Below are positions 13,359 through 26,372 of a DNA stretch of 64,000 nt, in pieces (positions within the stretch are counted from its first letter, which is position 1; the number at the start of each line of letters is the position of its first letter). The stretch spans positions 1 to 64,000 of the forward strand of contig MU057637.1 of assembly GCA_013265495.1 (NCBI GenBank), given 5' to 3'. This DNA is from Vicugna vicugna (lineage: Eukaryota). The notes under the pieces are model-generated. The model was not told the DNA's origin and did not search any database. It saw only the letters and a list, made by a program, of their open reading frames with translations. The position numbers and the translations under genes were made by a program.

Positions 13359-14226
13359 TGTGGCTTTTCACTAATCCCATTTCCTCCAATGAAAGAATCA
13401 GGTAAATACAATAAAATACTAAGAGGAGCAATGAACACAACCACCACATCTCCACTGCCACAGCACCTTTCTTTTAAAGCACTTTAGCTTCTGCTGTCCC
13501 ATTTGAAACATTCCTAATATCTTAATTAACAAGGTAATATGTATTCTTTTTATTCTATATTTATTGAAGTATAGCTGATTTACAATATTGTGTTAGTTTC
13601 AGGTGTACAGCATAATGACTTGGTGTTTTTGCAGATTATACTCCGTTATACATTATTACAAGATATTGGGTTTAAATCCCCAGGATGCACAGTAAATCCT
13701 GGTTACTTATCTATTTTTTATACAATAGTTTGTACATCTCCTTTTAAAATTACAATCATGTTGAGTTTATACTGTATTTAATAATTATTTTATGTGGCTT
13801 TTCACTAATCCCATTTCCTCCAATGAAAGAATCAGGTAAATACAATAAAATACTAAGAGGAGCAATGAACACAACCACCACATCTCCACTGCCACAGCAC
13901 CTTTCTTTTAAAGCACTTTAGCTTCTGCTGTCCCATTTGAAACATTCCTAATATCTTAATTAACAAGGTAATATGTATTCTTTTTATTCTATATTTATTG
14001 AAGTATAGCTGATTTACAATATTGTGTTAGTTTCAGGTGTACAGCATAATGACTTGGTGTTTTTGCAGATTATACTCCGTTATACATTATTACAAGATAT
14101 TGGGTTTAAATCCCCAGGATGCACAGTAAATCCTGGTTACTTATCTATTTTTTATACAATAGTTTGTACATCTCCTTTTAAAATTACAATCATGTTGAGT
14201 TTATACTGTATTTAATAATTATTTTA
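13359..14226. repeat. Tandem duplication, 2 x 434 bp, apparently identical; each unit contains a short antisense L1 3' end
   Basis: Units 13359-13792 and 13793-14226. Identical ORFs at 13590 and 14024 (offset 434). Confidence 0.97.
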
Positions 14227-15009
14227 GATGTAAAAATGTGGAAAATGAAACTGAAACTCACAAATACATGTACATGTAAATACTAGACGCTGTGGTCACA
14301 GAGGAAATAGAAGAGTTAAAACCCTGATGTTGGGAACGCAGGCTCCACCAGCTACCAGCTCTGTGACCCTGGGTAATTAGGGTCACCTCTCCCAGTGGTC
14401 TCCCGACTGCAGGGCGGAAATAAGGAGCCGTCTCCCTCCTGGGGTGCGGCCTGGTGCTGGGCGGGTGCTCCGTGAGCTGGAGCCCAAGGGGTTGGGACTA
14501 GAGGCTGGCCGGGATGTCCAGGAAAGTGGGGGGGTGATGCACTGAGGGGCAGGACTGATGGGGCAGAGCAGATGAAGCTGCAGGGGGCGGCCCTATGGCC
14601 TCCTTCCCCTCCAGCCCGACACAGGCAGACCCCTTTACCCAGGTCCACATGAACTGGGCTGGAGTCTTTGGCTCAGCCTCTCTGAGGAGCCTCATGACTG
14701 TCCCACAGGCCTTCACTTGGGGGTGGCCCCTTCTTTCCAGGAGCCTGGAAATGATGGGAGCTCCCTCATAGGGAGGTGTCTTGGGTACCAAAGCTGGGAT
14801 CCAAACATCAGGTGCCACCCTGGGTCTGTCTGTGTCCAATCCTCAAGTGACACAGGCCAAGGGCCACCTGACCCATGGGGGCCCAAGGCGCTGTCCCTGG
14901 GGTCTCCACTTGTGGGGGCATGTGTTTGACCTGTGCTCCTCCAGAGGAAGCAGGGACTTGGCCCTTCACTTCTGCAAGGGTCACCCTGCAGACTCAGTCT
15001 GCTGGGTGC

Positions 15010-15135
15010 TACACAAACACACACACGGCACACACCACATACACACCCTACATAAACACACACACCAAACACATACACCCCACACACAAACATACACATG
15101 CAGACACACATCACACGCACATAGGGCACATACTC
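15010..15135. repeat. Degenerate (CA)n low-complexity tract
   Basis: acacaaacacacacacggcacacaccacatacacaccc... Confidence 0.85.
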
Positions 15136-16198
15136 GTGTCTCCCCCTTCCCTGGGGCCATGCAGGGAGCCCAGCAGACTGACCAGTGACAGCCACAAGAC
15201 TTCACTGACTCAAAGTAAATTCCATCTCATCATTAAATTTGTCATTTATTTTAAGGTGTCAAGTGGGAAAAACTATTAAGAAGAAACTCAGCAGGACAAT
15301 GACCGCACGGCCTCACAGAAGCAGAGCCTGAGGAGGAGACCCGGACCAGGGAGATGTGGGTGAGCCAGCAGCGGGGCTTCTGCTCAGGTCAGGATGCAGC
15401 CCTCGTCCTGCCCTCCTTCCCCTCCTCCTTTCTTTCTTCCTTTCTAATAACTGTATTTGGAAAGGTTTCTTCTGCTACAGTTTGCCTGTTCCTTTTCGTT
15501 CCATTTAATAGCAACAGATTTCTTATACTGGTGTGAACACCGTCAGTATCTTTTGAAGTGCACCGTGCTTTTCCTGTTTAGGAGGGTCAGGCACATTCAC
15601 ACAAAGGAACCAGAGATTATCCAATCTGCAGCAACTTTGTAATGAAACCCAGGTGCTAGGTCCTCACCGAAGGTAGGGGAGCATCAGCCCTCCTCACGGC
15701 TCTGCGGGGAAGACAGTTTTGTGGCTCTGGGCTGCCCCTCCAGTGACACAATCACCACCGGATGGGGCAGCCGAGGCCTGAGCTGACAAAACCTGCCTCA
15801 GTCTTCGGGAACTTTCTCACTTACCAAACATCAGCCCCTTCCCCTCCTTTCTTGCCTTTCCATGGACCAGAGAGGACCGGTGGCATGGCTGGGCCATCAA
15901 AATACTACGAGGGGCGCCCATTCTTTCTCCCAGAAATGACTTCCTGGAACCTGTCCAGCTCTTATCCAGCTGCTCCCTAGTGTTTCTGGTCCATCTGACC
16001 CCTGTAAAGTCCATGCGGACGCCCTCCAGGCCTTGAGAAACCCCCAACCCCCACCTGTGTCCACCGCTGACCATAGGGTGCACCTGAGACTGCAGACTGT
16101 TTTTTGGGGACTATATGAAGAGTTGCCAGAACTCAAAATGTACAATCCAGTTTTGCAGTATGTTCTGGTTATATGATCCAGACTTTAGAAGACTGTTG

Positions 16199-16975
16199 GG
16201 ACAGCTCGCAGAGCCGCAGTCCAGTGGGCAGCCCGTGCCCCGAGCTATCCGCCTCCCCCCGCCCGCCAGCCCGAGGCCTCCCGAGCCCCGCCCGAGGCCC
16301 CAGCAGCAGCGCCGGGGAACACCTACATCCACAACCTGCTCGTGGACGGACCGGTCAGGGTGCGCCCGTGGTGTGCTCTAAGGACTCACTCCACATCTGG
16401 GCCGCCAGCCCAGGAAAACCTTTGCTAGCATCACACCAGCTGAGGTTGGTGTCCTGATTGGCAAAGACTGGTCAAGATTTTTCATGAGTGGGTTAAGGCT
16501 TGGGGGCCAGAAATGTTCTGTGATCCAGGACTCACTGCTGCAGGATGGAGAATTTCCCATGGATCTTTGTACCAAGATCATAGGTGGCACACTCACCTTC
16601 AATATCATGGTCACCGTGACTGCCAAGACGCTAGTCCTGCTGATGGGCAAAGAAGGTGTCCACGGTGGTATGATCAAGAAATGTTATAAAATGGCCTCCC
16701 TCCTGTGGTGTTCCCAGTACTGACCTCATCTGTCCCTTCCCCCTACTGCTCCCCACTGATTTTGCACCCCTCTCCTTCTCCCCACATACACCACTTTTAT
16801 TTTTGTGGCCATTACCTCACATCCCTTTTTGCTGCCCAAGCCACATGGTCAGAGGTCAGGGCTGGATGGACACCTCCCTCTTCTCATACCCTTCCTATGT
16901 GTGGTTGGATAACTTTTTTGTTTTTTTGTGAATTTTTCCTGAATAAAAAAAGATTCTACCAAAAAAAAAAAAAAA
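16199..16975 (+). pseudogene. PFN1: Processed pseudogene of profilin-1
   Basis: Intronless. ORF 16484-16723 reads [26 protein letters not shown]...[32 protein letters not shown]. The N-terminal codons lack the ATG and are frameshifted. GC-rich 5'UTR; AATAAA 16942-16947; poly(A) 16961-16975; TSD AAGACTG(T/C)TG at 16189-16198 and 16974-16983. Confidence 0.97.
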
Positions 16976-19900
16976 GACTGCTGATCTGAGCCAAAAATAT
17001 GTAATTCTCCTTTAATGTCAGATGCTACCTTTTCAGTAGCCTTCCCCTAAGTTGCTTTCCATTCAATTGCCTGCTAGCCCTGCCAGCCCTGCCTCCCCAC
17101 TCATGAGATTCACTTACCTGTGGCTCTGCTGCACAGGACTGGGAGTACTCAGACCATCCAACTTTCTCCTCCAGGATGGCAGACATCTCTGACCATTCGA
17201 CTGCCATATTCCGTGATGTTTGGGTTCAAAGTATATTTGTGATGGTGGCGTTTCCAAGCTCTATGTAGGGTCTACCTCCATGCTTAAAGTCATAGCTGGG
17301 TCTGCCATGAATGTCCCCCTAATAAGCCTAAGGTTTCTTCTTAGATTTACACAAAATGTACATTTTTGTTAATCTATGACTTTACTTCTTTATTTCTTGC
17401 AGTGTCCATGTTACATATTTTTAGATAAAAGACTCAATTTCAATTAAAATTAACTCAAACATATCTCCTTTACAATAGTATCAAGAAATTGGAAACAACC
17501 TTGAAATATGGCGGTCATAATCTCATGGGTTTTATTCTCTTTTTTAAGCAAAATAAATCATTATCTCCTCTCTTCCCAGTGGGGACACGGGGAGGGGAGC
17601 ATTAATCCTGAATGTTTACTTATGTCTAAAAAATAGCTTTTCAGAGTGGGTGAACAGACTAAATGTGTTTATTTTTTATAAGAGGTAGGAAATTAAACTC
17701 CTGAAGACAGTTTCTTTACCTTGTTAATTTAATTTATGAAAAAAATGTGGTGAAAATTGCAAATCTTCTTCAGACTTCTCAAAGATATTGGGACAGGTAC
17801 CTCATCACAAAGGTCATCACCAATGGTCTTTCTGATTCTAGAGGAGGAACCTATTATGAAATAGTAAGCAATTAGTCAATATTATTATTTTATTCTGAAC
17901 CTTTGAGAATTAAGACATAAAATGAGAACAATTTCCCTTTGGTGCGGTATTTATCCATAATGAGAAGCAACTAATCCATCCATTTACTAGACCCCTGGAG
18001 GGCGGAGACATGTGGGTTGACTCTGAGCAGCTGCTGAGCTGATGGAAATGATGCTACTGTTCCCACGTGTCTCACTGTGCTCCCCCTAGACATTTGGTTT
18101 TCATGACTCTCTCTGAAGTTAAAGAAAGTCATAATGGATCATCACCGCATTTAGATTGTGATTGTGATTCCTCCCACCTAGAAATAATGTGGCTTCCCAG
18201 GCTCAGGCCAAAGGACTCTCTCTCTCCCCAATACATAGGGGTAGGTTAGTGGGGGAGTGGGACACCATTACCCCATGCATAGAACAATCATTTTAGAAAT
18301 GTTTTAACTTATAACTTAAACCATGAGATAATAAAGTGTAACAGAAACATTAAAGCCAATGGTTTCAACAACTAGCTATGCAACACTGACTAGTGCAAAA
18401 CATCGGTCTGATACAGAAAACTGATAACAACACCCACCCTGAAAGAATTTATGATCTAGTAGGAGAAAGAGAAAGAGCAGGTATTCAACAAGTAAGTAAG
18501 CATATAAGTAAATACACAAATACTGAAAAAATGAATTCTCTACTAGAAAGAGGAGCAAAGAAGAGCTGGCATTTCCAACTTACAGCATCAGAAGGCACGG
18601 AAGGCTTGGGGATATGAGCATGAAATAAAGTTGAATTGAATGTTCTTTTGTCCCTTTTATAGTTTTCCCAAATGTAAATGGATTCCTTCCATAAGGCAGT
18701 GTTGTTATAGAACTAACGCTACTTTTAATATCCCTAATTATCAAATGTGGAACAATGCAGATGGCAGGCTATTCAGGATTTTTCTTCCTTTGGCTTTCAC
18801 CGTGAGAACCAGATCACTGCTCATTAAAACCTCCTGCAGAGGGCAAACAAGGGAGGGGAGGGAGCTGAAATTCCTTTTGGAATTTTTTGGGAAGCATTGG
18901 TGAAAGTTTTGGTGGAATTGTAGAAACAGTCTCTTTATACTGTCTTCTTCTTTCAAAGAAACCTTGCTTCCCATCAGTGAGATTTATATGGAGACTAGAA
19001 AATGGCATGTGTGCTTTGACTTTCTGGATAAAGGAGTCTTCAAAGAAGGACTTCAAGAAAATAAAGTTTTCTCCCATTTCATATCAAATATTAATTTATA
19101 TTTTTCCTCTTGAAATTGATTTTAGAACCGAAAACAAACCAAGATAAAATATTTCTCAACTAACAGAACACATCAGTATTCACAGAACTAGCAGAATCTG
19201 TTTTTATGTTAAAATTGATGGACCTTAAATTTAGTAAAGAAATAAACAAGTGAGAGCAACAAAAAAAATCTAAAAGTAAAGTTAAAACAACAACAACAAC
19301 AAAGAATGACTTTAGAATAGTGATTCTTATCAAGAAAGGGGCATGAATTAAAATGATGAAATCTGTGGTGAAAATTTCTGAAGCCCCAGATGCTAATCAG
19401 CCTCCTCATCCACTGCACCCCCACGGCCATTGCCTGTAACACGGAGAACAGCTTCAGACAGTAGCAGGCTGCACGTGTAAGCAGTATGGGGGCTTCCAGA
19501 ACTTTATTTAAACCCAATAATATAGAACTGATTCAATAAAAGAGGACAAGTGAGGGGAGGAACAACTGTATGGGCATTAGTGATGACTAAGTTTTGGCTG
19601 TTTAAACAAATAGTCCACAAAAATGAATTCTTCTGTGAGATAAAGACTTCTGTTTTTATTACTTTTAAGGCTTTTTGATGGTTGTGACGTTCCTGGGCTT
19701 CCAAGATACATATGAAAACTGTCTTTTTATACACTAGATTGGAAAACAGAACAACTAATAATGATGATAATAATAGGTATTAAATCTGGGTACTACACGC
19801 AGCATACGAGGACGTGCTTCACAACAACAACACGAGAGCTAACGGGCATTGAGCATTGTGATGTACAGTCACCGATGAGCAGTTTTACATGTTTTAATTC

Positions 19901-20059
19901 ATTTATTCCTCACGACAATTTGTTACACTTGTTGGATCAATGAGGAATTTTGGGTGGATGGTGTCACATTTTAATCTAAATTTCTTGTGTAAGTCAAATA
20001 CAATTTCCTCCTACCAGGATTTTGATTGTCTGATGTCAATTTATATGCACAGTATTTTT

Positions 20060-20345
20060 TATCTCCCATTTGAAAACATAGTGGTAAAATACTCATAACA
20101 TAAAATACACTATCTTCACCATTTTAGGTGTACAGATCAGTAAAGTTAATAACAAGTACATTGTTGTAGAATCTTCAGAACTCTTTTCAAATCATCTTAC
20201 AAAACTGAAATCCCATACCCAGTAAATAACGCACAGACCCACCATTTTCCTTTCTGTCTCTATGACTCTGTCTACTCCAGACACCTCATACAAGTAAATT
20301 CACACAGCAGTTGTCTTCTTGTGGCTTCCTTATTTCATGTGTCAC
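20060..20345 (-). mobile_element. Old L1 3'-end fragment
   Basis: gtggtaaaatactcataacataaaatacactatcttcaccattttaggtgtacag... is a typical antisense L1M 3'UTR. Confidence 0.7.
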
Positions 20346-21619
20346 AGAATTTTTGAAAACGTATGAAACTATGATAAGGCAAATATATTATTTTCATGTT
20401 ATAAGAAACATATCTTCATTTTATAAGAAGGTTTTCAAAATTATTACTATCTCCCAAAAAGGGTCATGACAAGTGGTGACTTCTGTGCTTTTTTTAACTC
20501 AAATAATGATTTTAACTTACTGTTATTTTTTTTATTTCTAATCATTTACTTAGAGCAAGAAAGGTTTTAAATCAACACATGCTACCAATAACAAAATATA
20601 TATCAATAGTATACACTTAAATTAAAATTTATTATCAATAAGATATTTGATACACTTTGCATTGTCAGTTTCTCAAATGAAAACTTTGAGACACACTTTA
20701 CTATTCTTTATGAAGTAGATATTATTTTCACAAAGAAGTGTATTCCTAAATATTTCTAAGTGTTAATTTTACTTATTTCCTTTCTTTTTTAATAAGTGGG
20801 AAAATTTTCATCAATTACAGATACCACAAACCCAGCTGAAATAAATATTATATATTCCCAAGGCAAGCAGTCATCACCATTTTGCATTTACAATTTAATT
20901 CTTAAACTAAAATTTGAAAGCACCAAAGTCAAATAAGAACCTCATGTTTTTGTAATCTGTCAGTTAATTTTATTATTAAAAATTAGTTTTCTTCCTTTAC
21001 AAATAAAATTAAGTAGACTGTGGCTCTTCCTTTGTAAAAATAAACAACAAAAAAAAAAACCCTCCAAAAAACTAATAATGTGTCAGTTCAGATTTCAAAC
21101 TTCAGCAAAACTTTTTAACAAAGCTCAAATGTTCTTTTCACCATTTTTCTTTCATGACCTCTGATGTTGGAAATGTAAATTGACATTATAAATATCAACA
21201 GAAATAATGCCACAAATTCCATTTACCTTGTTACTGAAGATCATTTCCCTTCTTTTCATATTTATTTACCTTGAGAATGTAACGTTATCAATTATTCAAC
21301 AATATAGAAAGAGTGTTGGACAATTTCATACTACTTCAAAGCATAAGAAATCCCTCTTATTCACAGTGTATAAATCTCAAAGTGTATGTGTGCACATTAT
21401 ATACAGTAAAATGAACATTTCATTGATATAAAAACTTACTCCTCCGACTACTAGCTTTCAAATGGAAATTGAATAAAGTTTGGCTAAGTTGAAACAATTA
21501 TTTTAATTTACAAAACCATCATTTTTCCTAAATCCTGTACATATGAATCAGGCAGCAAAATTGTATATTAAGATCTGAATTATTTGAATTCATTACTTAA
21601 ATTTAGTTAGTAAGACTAC

Positions 21620-24130
21620 TGTCTTGACATGAATTCCTCCCAAAAAGGCCCCCTCACAGGGAATTTCTCTGGGAATGTGACCCCAAAGAGTAGGAATAAT
21701 GAACAAGGTGGTGAAAACAGGGAAGAATTAAATGCTGAAGTAAGGTTATGTTATCACAATGACCATGGCCGACCTGTGCTGGAGTCCACAGGCTTTCCGG
21801 GAGGCCTCATCAAAGCCAGGAAATGAAGAGAAGGCTTTTCCCACAGGCTTCCACCTGCCGTGGATTTAGTGGCCCTTGGACTTTGACTATCACATAAGGA
21901 CTTGTAGGCCACACATTCCGCATCCTGCATTTCTTGTCAGAAAGCTTCCAGGAAAGGAAAGGAGAGGCTCACACCTTAGCCAGAGTAAGGGACTCCCCAA
22001 TTGCACCTGCAGGAAGCTGGTCAAAGTCTCCAAGAACTGGTAGTAGGACAGGTGCCCGCAGTAGGACACGGGGCCAGGAGGGTGCTAAGTGATGCTCACA
22101 GTGCGTGCTGGTGTACTAGAGCCTTAGCACTCCTCAGACCCACCTTTTCTCTCCCTTAGCTCTAATCTGCCCCTGAGTCTCCTTCCAGGTGCTGGCCAGC
22201 TGCAATCTCCATAAGAGGGTTTGTGGAACATCCCGGTGGCCACAGCTGCTCCCAAAGCCTTGCTGAGAGTCAGCATCTTTCCTCCCCACCACTAATTCTA
22301 AATTTCTCTCATCTTTGGCCAGTGTCTCAGCTGATCTAAGGTTGCCTGCCTGGTAGAATGAGCCAGACCGTCTTCATCTAGGTTTGATTTGCTTTACCTC
22401 CATGAGGACATAGTTGCTGTCAATGCCAAGATACCATTATCACCTGGCACAAAACACCAGGGGAAGCATCAGTGAAGTTTGTGGCTATTCCTTCCTGCCT
22501 CCACTATACAGCAGTGATCCAGGTTCTTCACGTTAATAAGGGCAAGTTAATCTTGAAAATATATTAACATATTAATTCTCTTTTGCTTGATGATCCAGGA
22601 ATGAGAAGGCCAATCACTGGAATCAGGAGCCCAAAGTGGCTAGATGATAGTCAGATCCTGTGGAATGCTTATGTTGTCCTCTGGTGGAAGTGTTTTCCTT
22701 CTTGGGAACCAAGACCTCCAATCCAGCAGAGCCTAAAGCTTCAGACACAGGAAGCATAAACTTTGAAAGTGAGTCACTAGGTGTAAGGGTAAATGGGGCC
22801 ATTTGTACTCCCACCTCTTGGTTCCTGACAGGACAGCACCATATGTCAGCCATCGATACAGCACACATAGCACACACTTTCCCCAACCTGAAACTTGAGC
22901 TGAGCCATCAACAGCTCATCCAACCACTGTATCAGATCAACTCCTTCTAGGTGATGAGACAGATGGTAATCCCAGTGGAATCTGTGCTCATGCACTCCTA
23001 GTTTCACAACTTTGTCATAAATTAATCCCTCAAACACAGTGTTGTAGAGGATGTTGTGCCAATAAATAAGGCATTTTGTAAGCCCCAAATTCATAGTGCT
23101 GGTGGAGGCTTTGCTGGCAGAGAATTAAAATGCATTACCATTGTAGGTTTACATTCTAGCAAGGATGAACTGTTGCCATCTCTAGAGTGGAAGGGATCCG
23201 ATAAATTTAATCTGATAGCAAATGGCTGGCTGGTCTTCTTGTGGGATAATATATCACAGACTCAGGACCAGGCTTTACTGTTGACAAGCTGGGCACTCAG
23301 AAAGGAGCAGGGTCTAGATCTGCATTAGGGATAGGGAGCCCAGTCTGCTGTGCCCACGGCTCTTCCCAGCCATGGTGTCATATCTGTTCATGCGCCAATC
23401 GTCCAAACAGGGGTCTTCTAAAGGTTAAGGATGTAGTATAGTTCACATTCACAGAGCAAACTAAGCTGTCCAGTTGATTGCTGAGAGTCTTCTATTCAGA
23501 GAGTGCTCTTTGGTGGGCACTAACACGAGACAATGGTCTGCATGCTATACTCTTTCCCCTTCCTTTTCTCTGTTTTCTTTTTTTTTTTTCCCCTGGCTTT
23601 ACCAAAGCCCCTGACAAAAAGTCATTTGTTACTTCCCAGTAGTCTATACATATCCATAGCTCAGGCCACTTCTGCCTTCATATACTGTAATGTATGAATT
23701 GTTCTGTTTGGAGCTCTTCCCACTGGAAGGATCTCCCTTTAGGGATGCGTTCCTTTAGGGCGAGCTCTGACTGCAGCTGTAGTGTGACAACAGTTCATTT
23801 ATGGCTGCCATCAGTATGCCACCCTAACCCACATGTTGAACCAGGCCAGCATTTTTTTTTCCTCTTTAATCAGCACAGCTATTTCTAGCTACCATCATAT
23901 CTGCTGGTTCACATGGCCTGATATTCCAGGAAACTTGCACAACTGCCTGGGCCTCCTGAAGACCTTTTTATTTATCTGGGCATCATTTAAGTCCAATAAG
24001 TGGTTGGTACAGTTTTCTCATAAGGCCCTTGGTAGAAGGGTAGGTAGAATGTTTATAATTATTCTTATGTCATTACAGAGTCCTTCCTCACGGGCATTCA
24101 CCCTCCATTTTAGCCAATGATATCTAGGTC
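21620..24130 (-). mobile_element. Degenerate ERVL provirus remnant: pol/integrase and dUTPase-like region (about 22160-24130), with a probable 3' LTR (about 21620-22138)
   Basis: ORF 22846-23094 (GLTKCLIYWHNIL...FHWDYHLSHHLEGVDLIQWLDELLMAQL) resembles ERVL integrase (GLTECLIHRHGIP...IHWSYHVPHHPEAAGLIERWNGLLK). ORF 22623-22886 contains LPVSEALGSAGLEVLVPK. Purine tract GGGAGAGAAAAGGTGG on the minus strand at 22140-22155. Confidence 0.8.
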
Positions 24131-25068
24131 TGTTCAAATTAAATAAATCCAGAAATTGGGTGCAGGCCCTGGGTTTTGCATTGTGACAGTTGATGTTAGG
24201 AATCTGCTCACCATGTATTTACTGGGGAAAAATCTGTGTATAAATAGACCTTCACAGTTCAACCCCTGTTGTTCAAGGGTTCAGAGTATTGACAAAAGAC
24301 CACTGGAAGGATGAGAGAATGGAAGTTGGATAAGCAAGGGGGTGAAAACAAGCTTTGAATTCTGATTCACCCACGACTTTGAGCAAGTTACTTAATTTCT
24401 GTGCTTCACTTTATCTGTCTGTAAAATTGGGGGATAACAGAGACTTTATGCAGCTATTCACATGGATTTTTCTCACTGAAAGTGGCTGGTTTCTCTTCAT
24501 CAACCTTTGCTGCCTCATCCTTTAGGTGCTTTAGGTCAAATTTAGCCTTTATTTCCTCTAGGAAGCTTTCTCCGTCGTCCCAGCGGTTGAGATGGCTTCC
24601 AATGTCTTTCAGCCACATGTGCCTCTCCTACAGTAGCTGTTGTCATACAGAATTGCAATTGTCAGATCACTTATCTATCTGCTCCACTAAGACCAAACAC
24701 TCTACTGGAGCAGGGATTATGACTATCCTAGCCCATTTAGCACGTATTGGAAAAAGTATATAAATTTCATTGAACTCTCTTGTAGATTGTAAGGATTAAG
24801 TGAAGTAATGTGTGTACAGCTCCTCGCAACTTAAGTGCTCAGTGAATAGTAGCTTTAAAACAGCTCCATTATTTTTCACATCTTTATCATAGGGCACAGT
24901 TCCTGGCTTGTACACATTTGTATCTCAATAAACACTTGCTGAATGAGAAGTTCAGGACAGACATGATGAGATCCTTAAGTATGTCTGCCAACAATGATTT
25001 CAACTGCTGTCAATTTTCCTTTCAGTATCCTAAATGCTGTCCTCTGAAACTCCAGCGTGCATTAAGTT

Positions 25069-25129
25069 NNNNNNNNNNNNNNNNNNNNNNNNNNNNNNNN
25101 NNNNNNNNNNNNNNNNNNNNNNNNNNNNN
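25069..25129. other. Assembly gap
   Basis: Run of N. Confidence 1.
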
Positions 25130-25579
25130 TAAAAATCCAATAATTGTAAGATGTCACTGTAGAATGGAGAAAAAGGAGAGGTAGCGGGAAACCACAGAGG
25201 TGCTGTGAGGTAAGTAGGGCTTGGGGTGTCTCTCTGTATTTTCTTTCTTCCTTTCTTCCTTCCTCCCTTCCTTCCTCTCTTTCTTTCTTTTATTTTTTAA
25301 CTTTCACTTAATTTTATTTTGTTTCGGAGTTCTACTGAGTTGTCTTCAGACACCTTCCTTTCATATCTTAAAAATTGTATCACAAGGATGTTAGGAGAGA
25401 ATTCAACAGCCTAGGGGGTCGCAATAAAATAAAGCACATAGTTCATATGATACGGAGTACTTTCTGAATTTAGACGTTATCCCTCCGGGTGAATGGAGGA
25501 AAACTTACACTTGAGGGTCCCTTTGAATAAATGGAGTTCAAAACTTCCCAGTCCCTCCGTCTTTGTTCCTCTTTTCCTG

Positions 25580-26372
25580 GGTTCGGAGGCCGCCTCTACC
25601 GCGGGGCGCACCTGCCACTCTCACCGCCGGCCAATCGGCGGCTCCAGCCCGCAGGCGGCTCCGCGGAAGGAAGAAGGGAGGGGCTCGCAGCAGCCAGCGG
25701 GCGGGGCGGGGGGTGCTGGGGGCGGGGCCAACGGGCGCGGGTGGCTGCGCGCGCTGCCGCCGCTACCGCGTCACCGGAGTGCAAGTGTCCGTGTTTACGT
25801 CCTAGTGGAGCCTAAGTCAGCAGCCGACTGGCGGCATTGTGCCAATACTGAGGCACAAAGTTTAGGAGACACGACCCTCCGTCAAGCCAGCTCCTGGCTG
25901 CCGGGAAGAGGAGGAGGAGGGGCGGGGAGATCGGCCTCGGTACCAGCGGTGGAGACACACACACGGTTCCCGACCACCTGCCTGGCCCCACGGAACCGCG
26001 CCTCACCTCCGGAGCCCCGCAGGTGCAGCACCGCGGCCTCGCCCCACGGGGTGGCTAGGGCGGGCGCCAGGCGCTGCGGCAGCTCGGGGCTTGTAAACAG
26101 ATGCCCCCGCACGTGACCGTGTGAACTACTTGCTCCTGGGGGCGTGTTCTCTTTCCCGCGAGCTGCGCTACAAAGGAGCGGGGCGGTCGGAGGGCAGAGA
26201 GGCGGGCGAGCAAGCAGGCAGAGCCCCCCAGCGTTTTAGGATGGCTGAAGGCGCCTGGCGAGGGTGAGCGGTGGGGGGCGGGGGTGCTGTTGGGCACGGC
26301 ACAGCCAACGGCTGAGTCCGTTGGCGGGCAGGGCTGGTGACCCCTTCCCCGGGGCCTGGCTCTGGAGCCACC
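25580..26372 (+). promoter_or_regulatory. CpG-island promoter and JMY-like 5'UTR
   Basis: High CpG content; CCAAT 25631-25635; GC boxes 25699-25706 and 25719-25728; FOX-type TGTTTAC 25792-25798 and GTAAACA 26093-26099; E-box CACGTG 26110-26115. Ends in Kozak GAGCCACC|ATG. Confidence 0.85.

Noticed and set aside
14713..15279. H/T-rich and V/C-rich ORFs
   Set aside because: Translations of the (CA)n tract.
25493..26297. 207-aa ORF and overlapping ORFs
   Set aside because: Lie in promoter/5'UTR GC-rich DNA; compositional artefact.
26304..26325. 8-bp hairpin GCCAACGG/CCGTTGGC in the 5'UTR
   Set aside because: Short stems are expected by chance in GC-rich sequence.
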